Source: Phallusia mammillata
Lineage: Eukaryota
Length of the DNA stretch: 64,000 nt
Reading direction: 5' to 3'
Assembly (NCBI GenBank): GCA_965637545.1
Contig: OZ281495.1
Span: forward strand, 21,452,001-21,516,000
Positions 1-13,700 of the stretch are shown here, piece by piece (the first letter of the stretch is position 1; each line of letters begins with the position of its first letter). A program made the translations under genes and the position numbers. The notes below the pieces were generated by a model, which worked only from the letters and a program-made list of their open reading frames with translations, was not told where the DNA came from and searched no databases.

Positions 1-2
1 AA

Positions 3-908
3 AGGATCAGTCCTGAACAGGAAAAGGTTGAAAAACGACGTCAGATACCTTTCCACATGCATATAAATTTGGAGTTGCTTGAATGTGTTTACCTGGTGTC
101 AGCCATGCTTCTTGAGATTCCTTATGTTGCTGCTCATGAATTTGATGCAAGAAGGAGAATGATTTCCAAACAGTTCCACCATCAGTTGCGCGTCAGTGAA
201 AGGCAGTCTCTTCTTGGACCTCCAGACAACATGAGAGAGCATGTTGTTGCAGCTGCAAAGGCTCTTAAAATGGGCGATTTTCGGGCCTGTCTGCGCTTTG
301 TTATTAATGATAAGATGAACAACAAAGTCTGGAATTTGTTTAATAACAAGGAAGGGGTTGTTAAAATGCTGGAAACCAAAATTAAAGAGGAGTCATTATG
401 TACATATTTGTTCACATATAGTCAATTTTACGACAATATCAGTCTGGATTGGTTTGCATCCATGTTTGAACTGGACAGGGCTTCTTGCCATCGCATCATC
501 AGTCGCTTGATAATAAATGAAGAGCTTTCTGCTTCATGGGATGAACCATCATCCAGCCTTGTACTTCATCGCACAGATCCAACAAGACTGCAAAATATGG
601 CCATCCAACTTGGTGAAAAGGTTTCAACACTAGTTGACATCAATGAAAGAATTCTGGAAGCAAGAGCTGGTGGTGGTGGGTTTCAAAACTATCGCCAAGA
701 TCAGGGTTATCAAGGGAATCGCTACCAAGGCAATCGTGGCACAGGCAACTATTCATCGAACAGAAGTGGTGGATATCAAGGCAATCGTGGATCTGGCTAC
801 CAAGGTCAAAGAAGTGGCTACCAGGGCAATCGAGGAGGTGGTGGTTATCATGGTGGATATGGTGATTCTTATGGGGGATACAGAAAGGATGGTTATAAAG
901 CCCGCTAG
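3..908 (+). CDS. EIF3C: Translation initiation factor eIF3 subunit C, C-terminal part (PCI domain plus G/Y/Q/N/R-rich tail); 5'-partial
   Basis: Frame is open from base 3: [40 protein letters not shown]...[14 protein letters not shown]...[10 protein letters not shown], matching hallmark eIF3c motifs; TAG at 906-908. Confidence 0.97.
   Translation, partial: RISPEQEKVEKRRQIPFHMHINLELLECVYLVSAMLLEIPYVAAHEFDARRRMISKQFHHQLRVSERQSLLGPPDNMREHVVAAAKALKMGDFRACLRFVINDKMNNKVWNLFNNKEGVVKMLETKIKEESLCTYLFTYSQFYDNISLDWFASMFELDRASCHRIISRLIINEELSASWDEPSSSLVLHRTDPTRLQNMAIQLGEKVSTLVDINERILEARAGGGGFQNYRQDQGYQGNRYQGNRGTGNYSSNRSGGYQGNRGSGYQGQRSGYQGNRGGGGYHGGYGDSYGGYRKDGYKAR
706..882 (+). repeat. Coding imperfect repeat encoding five (G)YQG(N/Q)R units in the eIF3c tail
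   Basis: caagg[c/g]aatcg-type units recur; translation [12 protein letters not shown]...[31 protein letters not shown]. Confidence 0.85.
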
Positions 909-1219
909 AACTAAAAGTTTGTTTGACAAAACTTTGCTGCATACAGTTTATTGGGAGTATTTGCTAAAAAAAATTCCTGTATAATTGTTTCTAACAGGAA
1001 ATGTTTTCCATGTTTTCGCTTTTGCATTGGTTATTGTAAACAAATAACAGCAAAATTTAATTGTGACCCTAAAGAAACCTAATGTAATTTGTGGAATGGT
1101 TGTTATCAGATGTTGGTGGTTGTTTGTTGCCCTTTTTTGTGTGGAAATGAATTGTGGTAAACAGATGTGAAAATTACTGGACAGATTTAAAAAAGAACTT
1201 TTGGTACCCTTGTGCTTTT

Positions 1220-1370
1220 TTTTATTGTATTTTTCGACAATCAGGCGGCAGTCCTAGAACTTAAAATTTCCCTTTGTCGTTCACGGGATTCGAACCCAGG
1301 AAACTCCCGGGGAGGAAACCCGATCAGGTTTTGTACATGAGTCAGGCGCGCCAGGCCATTCGGTTAAGTT
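1220..1370 (-). mobile_element. tRNA-derived SINE / retroposed tRNA-like element with 13-bp TSD
   Basis: Minus strand: A-box-like TAACCGAATGG, B-box GGTTCGAATCC, ~55-nt tail ending in aaaaatacaataaaa. Identical direct repeats cccttgtgctttt at 1207-1219 and 1371-1383. Confidence 0.82.
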
Positions 1371-2335
1371 CCCTTGTGCTTTTGTTTGTTGTCAATCTTA
1401 GTGTGCTTATCGAATGTCAGCAGTTGTACATTTAATCGCTTCAGATAAAAACACACACAAATCTTCGGTGAAACAGTCGAACACGAAAAAACGGGTCAAA
1501 CCCGCATTTTTCAAGCCCACTTACATGCTTTTTTTCGAGATGAAGCTGAACAAGGCTACTTCATCAACAAAAATATTGTTTTGAAGTTATGAAAGTAGCT
1601 AAGGAAATTGTAGGCTAGACGCTTGATCGTTTGTCAAATCACTTTTGGTTTCAAAAGATAGATAGCCTGTACACATAATTTGTCAAACGTCTTGCAAGCA
1701 TGGTGTGTATGCTTCCAGGGCTGTGTATTTAGTAGATATATGCCCACTTAAAGTTTTATAATCTCTTTGGGACGGGTATCGACTGGATAACGAAAATCAA
1801 ATCGACATCGTGACGAGATTTCGATATATATTCAACATCGCAAGGACGTTGTGTACCTGCTGAGTAGGTGTGCATCAGGAGTGTGTTTTGTATTTGATTT
1901 TTTTGTTTACGACGACGAAACTACGGGAAAAGTTTTGAAGCTACTGGTAACTGATCGAGTTACCAAAAAAGTGAAATTACGACACAGTTGTGACAAAATG
2001 TGTCCGAACTTTTATACACGCTGCAATGACCTTATTATAAAGAAAGTCCCCTGTTTATGTTTTTACGGATTGTCGTGACATCATTAATATTAAACAATTC
2101 CACAAGGTAAAAGTAGTCATCAGGATATTTGCAATGAATTTTTGCTTCTTGTTTTAGAAATATTTCCTTATAGTTTTGGCACCCTGTGCGCATGCACATT
2201 TAAAATGTTTTGGGAAACACTGTCGTTTTGATCAAAACCAAAGTATATCAAAACAGGCGGCCTTGGAACTGGAAGAAACGCAGGCTGTTGAACTGTTCTA
2301 GTGATTTTAAAGCCCCACGTTTAACTGACCACAAG

Positions 2336-5300
2336 ATGAACCGACAAATTGTTGGAAGTTTGGGACAGCCTAGTCAAGAATCGCGTAACAATCAAAGTTT
2401 GACATCAAACAGTCAAACTTTAATGCCACAGCAAATTCATCATGGCGTGCAGCAGGTATGGAGTGATGTATCTATAGATATATATATACCTTAAAGATTT
2501 TGAAAGAATTAGGGTTGCAGCTGTTTATGATATCATAATTTATATGTACGCTGTTTAATGTTTAATTCTGCAATGGTTTTATTGGTAGTTTTGTAATCAG
2601 CATATGAATCATGACGATTAATTTTCGTTGTGTGTTAATCATTCAGCAGCATTATAGTAACCAAGCTATAGCTGTTTAGTTGATTTATTTATTACTTTAA
2701 TACTCTTTGAACTGATTGTTTTTTGTTTTTCTGATTTTATTCATGTAGTATGGTTTTACGTTTGTAATTTTACATGGTGCTCTTTTGGGAATCTAGTTAA
2801 ACACGGGAGGATCACTTCATTTACCGAATCCAAGTGGATATGGTCAACAGCAGAGACATGTTCAACCTGCACAACACAGCCTTGTGGCATACAAAAACCA
2901 GTATGCCATGCAATCACAATCCGAAGCCAGTGGGGACAGAAACAGTAATTTTTGCATCATTTTTTGTTTTTCGAACCTGTTATTTCCAGATTGCGATATT
3001 ATTACTTTTGAGCTATTGTTTTTATTACTACAAAAGTGGTTATAAAATTTAAACTTGTTGATCTAGAGGTAAATTTTATTTTTATGGGCATGCAATAAAA
3101 AATGTCACCTATACCTTCTGTGCCATCCTAGTTGGGGAACGTTGTTTTAATTATTAAGGTATCTTGCAATGATTGTTGATGCTATATGTTCACTTCCAAA
3201 AAATGTATATTGATTGTTTTATTTACATGCATCAATTGCGTGATCTATTAATTGCAGATGATAATGAACAACAGGAATTCCATAGACCAACTGGTGTGCC
3301 ATCAAGGACTCCGGTAAAAATTATATATGTAAGAGGAAAATTGGTTCATATGCAATAACTTTCTTTTTTTAACAAAGGGGCCTCCATCTGTCGGTACACC
3401 CTACCACCTTTCATCAGCAACCCCCCGTACACCGAGAACACCAGCAGACTTTGGAGTTGGTCCCCCACAACTACAGTATGTTTTGCACCTTTTGTTATAA
3501 ACAAACAAAATGACTATGATTTTTGTGCAGTGAGAACAAACAATTTTAAGTACTTTTAATGCATTTATGTAAGCAATGGCAAGTTAAAGTTTATTTTTGT
3601 ACCTTTGTTTAACGGTCAAATTTTGCAGAAACATTGTCTCTACTGTAAATTTGGACACCAAGTTGGACCTAAAACGAATTGCTTTGCACGCTAGAAATGC
3701 AGAATACAACCCGAAGGTATGTTTTGGCTTATATAAAAATGTCAATTTATCTAATTTCTTTCTTTTTTCTGTTTAAAACGAGTTTGTTAATACTGTTTGG
3801 ACGAAAAAATGTTTGAACTTTTTTTAATTTTTGGCAAGGGTTTGCTGTAACAACAATTTCAAACAGGAATTATATATTATGCTTTTGTTGTGAACAGTAA
3901 TGCTTCCAGGGACAGTTAACTTTTCCTAACACTGAGGACAGGGGTCGGATATCTTTTCATTTAACAATAAAGAATTAACTCTGCTGATATTACATCATAG
4001 TGTTAAAACAACCTTATCATGCATTTAAAAAAAATTAGTATGCCTTATCACACAGCAGAAACTCATTAGGTTGTGTTTGAAATAGAATAAATATTGTGTA
4101 CCTCTTACATTTAAAATTATGTTCTTGGATTGGCTCTCTTATGGTTACTGGTAAACATGTCTGCAAATACTTGTGATTTGGGACCACTTTGTTTCTGTGT
4201 GCTCAAACAAGAATATATGTTTCAAAATCCTAGGAAAAGATAAAGCTTAAATAAAATTTGGCAACAAATGTTTATCTGCTGTAACTACAACAAATGGTAA
4301 TTGTGGTATATATATGATTTAATAGGACAATGTGCATAACAATTAGCAATGTATAGAAAAGTCATCTTTAAAGTTTAAATTAAAAACGGTGCTGTACTTG
4401 TAAAGTGATGGTCTATAATTTGTAATATATTGTTGTTTGTCATCAGCGTTTCGCTGCTGTTATAATGCGCATCAGAGAACCAAGAACCACCGCCCTAATC
4501 TTCAGCTCTGGCAAGATGGTGTGCACTGGTGCAAAGAGTGAGAATGAATCTCGGCTTGCTGCTAGGAAATATGCTCGGGTGGTCCAAAAGCTTGGCTTCC
4601 CAGCCAAATTTCTTGACTTTAAGATTCAGAACATGGTGGGCAGTGTTGATGTGAAGTTTCCTATTCGACTTGAGGGACTGGTTTTAACACATAGTCAATT
4701 CTCCAGGTATGTTCGTAATTTGTGTTTACAAGTGTTGTTTCCTACATGAGATTTATTTCTTTAGTTTTTGTGGACTGCATGTTTTTTTGCAGATGCAATT
4801 TACATTTTTTTGAATATGTGATTTACTGCTGTTTTGATTTACTGATGCAACAATTGATACAGTTTGGATTCACAACTTATGTCTTTAAAAATGAAATAGA
4901 AGATTAAACAGAATCATCTGTGCTGAATTAAGCACTTAACACAGTTCAGTGCTGGATTATCTGTTGGCTTCAGTTTTGGTTTTGTAAATCAAAAAGGTTT
5001 GCATTAGAACTTTGCATCTCTTGATGTTCAGGATGGCTTTCAGAATTATACTTTTCATTTGACAACCAGATCAAGCATATATTTTTCTGTCAATATGATG
5101 TTGTGTTTAAAAACAAATTTTGAAGAATTATTACTTTGCAGTTACGAACCTGAGCTCTTTCCTGGACTGATATACAGAATGGTGAAGCCTCGCATTGTCC
5201 TCCTAATATTTGTTTCTGGCAAAGTTGTTTTAACTGGTAAACATCATTTTGAAATGCTTGATGTTTCAACTCACATGCCTTTAAATTTAATAAAATCCTT

Positions 5301-5389
5301 GTTATGCAGGAGCAAAGGTTCGTCATGAAATTGATGAGGCATTCAACAACATTTACCCAATTTTAAAAGGATTTCGCAAGACATCATGA
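2336..5389 (+). CDS. TBP: TATA-box binding protein, 8 coding exons, 314 aa
   Basis: Exons 2336-2455, 2797-2944, 3258-3313, 3378-3475, 3629-3716, 4447-4706, 5142-5236, 5310-5389 splice in frame. Core [59 protein letters not shown]...[34 protein letters not shown]. The N-terminal exons are less certain than the core. Confidence 0.95.
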
Positions 5390-5575
5390 GCAATGCGCCT
5401 TGGAAGTTAACTGGATCTTACTTTACATTATCTTAGATTTGAGGTCTGTTCCTGCCTTAAACATGCCTACACAAAGTTTGTCAGAATATGTGCACAGCAG
5501 TGCAACCCAACAATGACGTTTCTGATCAAGTTGCAATTTTTGTTACTTTTTCCTCAAACTGGCTACAGTTTAAAT

Positions 5576-5869
5576 CAGGGGTGTGCAACCTGAGTCCCAT
5601 CGATTAAGGTTGTGCAGCCCGCGGAGACTCAGAAAATTTCTCATATACTGGCAAACGAGTCCAATTATTCTACATTTTTGAGCATATTAATGCACCCGGT
5701 GCTATTTTTTTGGCAATATGTGGTTAGAATCAAACGCTACTTATACTTGTAGTTAAGCATTTGGGTACACAACAAATTAAAATCACCTTGTGTTATATAA
5801 AGGTGCAGCCCGCGATCTAATCTTGGCAATTGTATTTGGCCCCACAGTGACAAAGGTTGCACACCCCTG
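5576..5869. mobile_element. hAT (Buster/Charlie-type) MITE
   Basis: TIR caggggtgtgcaacct / aggttgcacacccctg; perfect 8-bp TSD gtttaaat at 5568-5575 and 5870-5877. Confidence 0.92.
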
Positions 5870-6754
5870 GTTTAAATGGTTCAAGTGCGGCCCTTATCAC
5901 ACATGTTTACATGCAGTGCAAGAAGGCATGTGGTGAATAAATTTGCAGCAAAAGTATAATTTCGGGATTATGTGGTAGTTAACTCTGAACTTACTTGTCT
6001 TTTTTCCTGTTTTTCATGCTTTTTTATTTTCTCTGCCAAATAAAGTACTTGAATACATGTCTTGGCCTTTAAGTAGGTACTATTTGGGAACAAAGTTTCC
6101 TACAGTGTACATGTTGCCAGGTTATGCAAATGCATGTGTGCAGCATACATGTTAGGAGTTCAAAAAGTATGCACAACCCCTACCATATAGTATTGATATT
6201 CAGCATTTCTGCACCCCTAGGAACTATTCCTGTTTGCAAAATACGAAAATATATTTATCATTTGCATCGGAGTTATTTAGTTTCAGGTAGTAAAAGTCAA
6301 TAAAACAGAAAGGGTATTTGATCACCAACTTGGGGAAACCAGTCAAGTAGACAACTAAATCCGACCACCCTGTGTGCAAAATAGCTTGAAATTTGGCAGG
6401 GAAAAAACTGAAAGAAACAGAGCGCCAAAAGGATGGAGAACACACGTTGTGACGAAAAAACACATAATTTAGGAATAGTAACTGTCCAACAAAATTACAG
6501 GCAATTAAAATTCTAATTTGGTTGTGCTTCTTGTGACTTGTTGGTTGTTAGAACTTATTCATATTGCTTCGTTTTCTCGACAATACACAAAAACCTCCCT
6601 TACTTCACGCCCATTTATTGACCAATCATTAGCTGTCACGGGTCAGAGATTACTGTTTTCGAGTTCATGTGACAAATTTTGCCCTCAACGAATTGGCTTT
6701 GCGGCGTTTAGCAAACTACCTATACTTACCCAAGTGTTATTGCAGATCGCAAGT

Positions 6755-9185
6755 ATGCAATCATCTTTACGGAATTTTATTTTGAGGGGCAAGGAATTGA
6801 GGTAAGAATGAAAAATCTTGTAATAACAAATGTTAAACGAATCAAAAATGCAAAAACAATTGTTGTGTGTATCCTTTGGCACATAATATTTTTTACATAA
6901 TTTTACACAGGACTATTTCGTACCGCTGTTTGGCCCTTCAAAATGAACCCATTCAATCATTCTTACCAAATACACAAGAGAGAGCTGATGTAGAAGCAGC
7001 CCTGAAATCAGTTCAGTCAAAAACTGAAGAAGTTCCCATTGTTATTGGGGGTGAAAAATTGTGGACTGATGATGTGCATTACCAAGTTATTGTAAGTTTC
7101 AGTTAAACTTTTTAAGTAGTGTTATTGTAAAGGATGTAGATGATATAAAACTACTGTCTTTTTTGCAGCCATACAGACACCAGAAAAAAATTGCCAAGTT
7201 TTCTTATGCAAACGCCAAGTTGATAAATGATGCAATTGAAAATTCTATTTCAGTGCGAAGAGAATGGGAAAGCAAACCTATTTCAGACAGAGTACAAATT
7301 TTTTTGAAAGCAGCAGATGTACTGAGCAATGAAAAGCGTCCTCAGATTTTGGCGACAACCATGGCTGGACAGGTAGGTTTGCAGGATTTTTTGTTTTGAA
7401 AAATTTAGATTATGTTTTTTAGGCAAAAACCATTGTACAAGCTGAGATTGATGCAGCCCCAGAGTTGGTAGATTTCTTACGCTTTAATGCACATTATGCT
7501 CTTGAATTGCAAAACCAACAGCCAATAAATCCTGACCCTACAATTGAGAACACAATTTCATACAGAGGACTTGAGGTTTGTTCCATTGGTTTTCTTTGTC
7601 CAGCTCTAATTTCTTTCAATGACTAAAATGTACACAGGGATTCGTCGCAGCAATCTCACCATTCAACTTTACCGCTATTGGAGGAAACTTAGCAGGAACC
7701 CCTGCAATGATGGTGTGATGCAATGTTGTTTACCAAAAATAAAACAGTTTGACACTAAACTTTCATGATTTGCAGGGAAATGTTGTACTGTGGAAACCAA
7801 GTGACACTGCAATGCTGGCTAGCTGGGTTGTTTATGAAACTCTGTGTGAATGTGGACTTCCACCTGGTGTTATACAGTTTCTACCAGCAGATGGGCCAAC
7901 ATTTGGTGATGCTGTCACCTCATCAGAACATCTTGCAGGGATTAATTTTACTGGCAGTGTCCCGTAAGTTTATTTTTGTATCAATAGTGTGTGTTTTTAA
8001 ATTGTGCTATTGGTTATCAGAGTGCATTTTCATTGTGGTATTGGTTAAAAAAAGTAATTTTGTTTTGGTTTGAGTTGAATTGATATGGTTAAATATATTT
8101 TATACTGTTTGTTTCAGAACCTTTACTCATCTTTGGCAACAAGTTGGTGCAAATCTCCCAAAATACAGAACTTTTCCGAGGTTGGGAGGTGAATGTGGTG
8201 GAAAAAATTATCACTTTGTCCATTCAACAGCAGATGTTGAAAGGTTTGTTTCAGAAATAAATTGTCAGTTATGCACACCATTCCTAACAATTGTTTGAAC
8301 AGTGTTGTAAATGGAACCATTCGATCAGCTTTTGAGTTTGGAGGTCAAAAGTGTTCAGCATGCTCGCGTGCATACATTCCCAAATCCTTGTGGCCCGAGG
8401 TTAAAAAAGGTCTTCTTGAAACCATTAAGGAAGTAAAGCTGGGCAATGTATGTTTGCTAATCTTTAAATTTTGTGTTAACACAGTAATGCTGACAGCAAC
8501 ATAATGTTATAGGCAGATGACTTTAGCACGTTCTTGTCTGCTGTGATTGATAAAGCTTCATTTGAAAGGAACAAAAAGTATCTACAACATGCCAATAGTT
8601 CTTCTGATGTGGAAGTACTTGCAGGTGGGAAATGTGATGACTCTGTTGGTTACTTTGTTGAGCCAACTATAGTGGAATGCAAGCAACCAGATGACAAACT
8701 AATGAAAGAGGTATATAGCATAAATGCATAAATATTATGGACTGTTGCAATGTTTTCAATGCAGGAAATATTTGGACCTATTTTATCATGTTATGTGTAT
8801 GATGATGACAAGTACAAAGATATTTTGCAACTGATCGACTCCACATCAGTTTATGGTCTTACGGGATCAGTTTTTTCCAAGGATGAGTATGTTTAAAATT
8901 AAAAGCCAAGTTTTGAAATGACATTGTTTGAAATGTGATGATTTTGATTTCAGAAATGTTGTAAAAGAAGCAAGTAACCTGTTGAGAAATTCGGCTGGGA
9001 ACTTTTACATAAATGACAAATCTACAGGATCAGTAGTTGGTCAGCAGTGGTTTGGAGGTTCCAGAAAATCTGGTACCAACGATAAACCCGGTGGACCACA
9101 TTATATTTTGAAATGGGTGTCCCCGCAAGCAGTTAAGCGATCAAAAGTTCCACTGAAGGAATGGAAATACCCCTCAATGAAGTAG
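6755..9185 (+). CDS. ALDH4A1: Mitochondrial delta-1-pyrroline-5-carboxylate dehydrogenase, multi-exon
   Basis: Motifs NEPIQSF, GFVAAISPFNFTAIGGNLAG, GNVVLWKPSDTA, GINFTGS, GECGGKNYHFVH, AFEFGGQKCSACSR, EIFGP, AGNFYINDKSTGSVVGQQWFGGSRKSGTNDKPGG; short GT-AG introns with consistent phases; stop TAG 9183-9185. Confidence 0.96.
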
Positions 9186-10754
9186 TGGAATTCAATGCTG
9201 CTTTTCTTTGTAGTACGGTGTACAGAAGATACCAAAGTAGCCATGTATTTGATACAGAACATTGTTTTTTATTTGACATGGAAATGCGTGAGAACGAACA
9301 TTTTTGCGTTATAACTTCTCGTGTCTGTTTGACAAATCGTGGTTATAAAATACAAGGTTGTAAGAAATCAGTAACAGCCTTTACATGTGTTATTCATGAA
9401 AAACTTCAAATAAAAAGTCACTGAAAAGTGTATGTTATTTGTCTGTGAAGGAATTGTAAGTCAAACTTGGAAGTATATTTCCGATGCGTTTTTTTTCCAA
9501 CTCTTTTTGCAACAGTTTTTTCAATAACGCTAACAACCTACGTTAAAATACGCGCAAATACGTTTTGTGTTCGTTGAAATGAAATTTTGGAAGTGACAAA
9601 AAGACTCAACACCTACGAAGGAAAACATGTGGATCGTCAAGGAAGCAAAAAATATTTATGGCGCTACAACTGGACACCGGTGTCGCCAAAGAGAAGTAAT
9701 TTTTGACAGACAGCTGATGTGCAGAATGAAAGACTTTTGTTTTGTGTCAAGAGTGGCGAGTGGCTATTTTTTTCTGTATTGTAGAGGTAAAACCGTTTCT
9801 CTTTTCGGCGAGTAGTAACTTCAATTGTTGGTTAAAATATTAATGGGACCGTGTATTGGAAAGCGCTTGTCTTGTTTGAAGTGACAGACAAAAAAACCTT
9901 TGAGAAATGTAAACTAGTAAATTAACAAATCAATGATAGCTTGATTCTATTGTGCCATTATAAAAACAAATATTTACTACTAAATTATCATAAAAAATAT
10001 TTGGACTTAATACTTGACCTTATGGCAGGTTTATTAATCTTCTGTGAATAATCACAATTTACAACGCTCGCATTTTTGTGGGTACATGGTACGCCCACCT
10101 GTTTAACAAAATTTTAAATCCAATTACATGGTTTGCAAGTGCCTTAGTTTATTTGTTGCTTGTGACAATATTATACTTCTTGTTTAACAAGATTTTAACT
10201 TTGTGATAGTTTTGAAGGGATTGTTAAAGAACATTAAAGATACCAGGAAGCGCACATAACTTTAACAGTAGCATTAAATTAGTGAGTGGAACATGGGTAT
10301 TATTCAATAGATTTTAATCGATTTGTTCCCCTATGGACAATATTATTGTTCGACAAAAAAATGTTTTCTGCTTGTGCTGGGTTATTTGGGCAGCTGTTTT
10401 GTGTTTGGTTTAATTTTTTCTTGTATTGCATGTTTAAAAATTAAGCATATATCTGTAATTGACATTTCAAAACACATAGCTGGATGAATGCTTTTGTTTG
10501 TGGGTTTGTTTTAAAGAGCACATTATTTCGCTCATTACAGACGATTCCATGTTACACTGCATAACGAAAAATATAGACTGATTTAGGTGTACTGAAAGCT
10601 TTAGTTTAGTATGTAGCGTTTGTAAACCTACTGACATTTTCAGGATACTTCACACACGGATATATAAGTTACTGTTGTTACTAAGTCAAGCTTTAATTTT
10701 AAATGTGAAATGGTGACATTAAATTCCTTCAGCTGATTATTGTTATCTACCACT

Positions 10755-13700
10755 ATGATGACCACTGGGGCATCAAATGAATCTTCACAGGCTCAGAGAG
10801 CCCCACCTCGAAGTGGAAGAAACTTTATGCATAATTTTAGAGGGTAAACACTATTGTAAATATTTGTACACTTTGATGTTGGTTATTAATGAGACATGGA
10901 GTCTGTTTTACTAAACAATAATTTGGATATCAATGTGTAGTCGCAGTCCTTGCCAAAACCTGATTTAAAATCCCAAATGCTTGCATTTTTGTTCATAGTT
11001 TGAGAGCAAATTTTCTCATGTATATTTTATATTCTTATATTTAGACTTGGTGCCCTGAATGATGTCACACCCCACCATCAGCGTGTTGTTATTGACAAGA
11101 AATATATCGATAAAACTTCAAAACTGATGGATAAAGTGAGTTGCATTATCATTTTTCTTGGCTTACATTGCATATATTTTGCATACACTGCGTTTAATAA
11201 TACACTAGCTACTAGGTTTTGTGTTTGAATGAAAATAAGTTGTCTATATTTGAATAAAATTTGGTTCAAAAATTGAATATCAATTTGTGGTGAACATTTA
11301 CCACTATGGAAAAATTGAAAACTTTAACTTTTTATCAAAATTCAGGGATTTGCAGTCACCAAAATTTGTTTTAGCTCTTACTACACTACTGTCAAAAAAT
11401 CATTTTTCTTTGCCAATAAAAGTTTCGTAAAATCCAGTTCATAAAAATCTGATAATGCTTTTTCATATGTAGGTTGCAAAATTCTGCCATCAGTCTAAGA
11501 TGAACTTGAAGAACAGCCCACCATACATTCTTGACATATTGCCTGATACCTACAATCACCTCCGTCTAATCATGTCACGGTAAGCACAACAATGCTAAAC
11601 TAAAATAGTTTCATTAATTTTCTTTCCTGTTGCTACTTTGTAAGTTATTTACCATCTGAGTTTTAATTTTAGATATGAAGACCGATTGCAGGTCCTAAAT
11701 GATTGTGAGTATTTTCGCATCTTTTTGGATAATTTGACAAAGAAATGCAAAGAGGTTTGTAATGTTTTTATTCCGTTAATTTACTGATATATATAAAAAT
11801 ACTCTTTAAATGTTTTGTAATTTTTTATGTCATACAAAATATTATTCAATATTTCCTGTAACTTTTCATTTATATATTTGTTTTCATTCATTAGTGCTAA
11901 ATAATAAAAAAACATGTATATAATAAGTCAACTGACTTGTGGCTATTACACTTTAGGCAATAAAGTTATTCAAGGAAGGCAGAGAACGGATGTTTGACGA
12001 AACTTCGCAACAGAGGAGAAGTTTAACCAAAAAATCCCTAATGTTTAGTCACATGTTGGCTGAACTGAAGGCTGAATTCCCTGATGGTCGATTCATTGGT
12101 GATGAGTATAGAATTACAAAATCCGAAGCTGCACAATTTTGGCGATCAACTTTTGGCACAAGGCAAGTTTTAATCATTAGCTACAAGTTGATACAATAGT
12201 ATTGATTACCATAAATTCTGCTGCTAAGTCACTATTCATGTGTGTAATATTAGATTCTTGATTAAGCAATTTTATGCAGGTCCATTGTACCATGGAAGAC
12301 GTTTTGTCAAGAGCTAAATAAAGTACACACGATCTCTTCAAGCCCGGAGTGCACTGCGCTCCAATCAACTATAGACCTTGTCTGCAATGACTATGTATCA
12401 AATTTTGAATTTGATGTCTTTACACGACTTTTTCAGGTAACTCATATTTATAAGGCTAGGTGTGGTGCAGGCTGGGACACCAAAACCATGACAATATGTA
12501 GAGTTTTTAGCCTCAAAGAGTTTTCTGTGTTTAGTCTGAATTGGTGGTATGGCACAAGAACAGATTTGACCAAGGTGGTTGCAAAATGCTACATACATAT
12601 TGAACAAGCGTGTTATTAGTGTACTGCATGTATAGTTGCCCAGTCTCAAGAGTGCTATGTGTGTCTGTGGTCTGTCCAAAAGTTTGTGTGGGCTAATTTT
12701 ACTAAAATAGGAACAATAAGCTAAATTTAACATGTGTCTTGTTGGTAAATGGTAGTTTGCTAATCATTTATGAATTGTTTCTGCTTTTGGTTTGATTTTG
12801 TTTGACCAGAGCCTATTTGTGTAAAAAACATAATTTTGCTTATGGTAATAATAGTTTTACCAAAGTATTTGGTAATAGAGTGCCTAATGCTTTCTGTTAA
12901 TTTGTTGCTTGAACCTTAATATAAAGAAAAATGACAAACAATGTCTCTAAAGAGTTCCCTGTCACAGTTAGTTCAAACTCATGACTCTGCTTTCACACAG
13001 TAACTGCTTCCGTGTTATAAGATACTAGTCTGTCTTGGGACCCATTTGCACTTTGCTGTAGTGGGTGAATCATAACATGACGCAGATCATAAACGTTATT
13101 TCATGTGATAGCTGCAAAGACATTGGCCATTTTTTCCTTGTTACACCTATACTTAGCCATCAAGGAAGCAAACTATGTGATTCTACTGTATGGTGTTTGC
13201 TTGACTTCCTGTTCATAAATGGAATAATTACTCTCAAGAAATAATGGATGTCCCTTTCAGTTTCATGTAATACAGCCATAAACAAATTTTGCTAGTTGGT
13301 GCTATAATTTTGTAGGTTGTAGTCAGTTAACAGTGCTCAGACATGTATTTTTTTGCACTGTACTAAATATACATTATTACATACTATTGTGTATTTACCA
13401 AACATCTTTTTTAGCCCTGGTCTACTTTACTAAAGAACTGGAATGTATTGGCAGTCACACACCCAGGGTATATGGCCTTTCTCACCTACGACGAAGTAAA
13501 AGCTCGCCTTCAAAAATACTTGAATAAGCCAGGAAGGTATGTTTTGGTTCGATCACAGTGAAAGTTAATCCAGGAACATAAATATTTTATGATAATCCAA
13601 ATTTTGTAACCTGGTTTACAAGGGTTTTTTATGTTTGGTTATGTTTCATTGAAGTTTAGTAGCTGTGTTTTTGTTGAAGGCATAATAACTGGTTTTGCTT

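Noticed and set aside
182-984. Overlapping ORFs 182-415, 634-984 and 640-942
   Set aside because: Alternative-frame or antisense shadows of the repetitive eIF3c exon.
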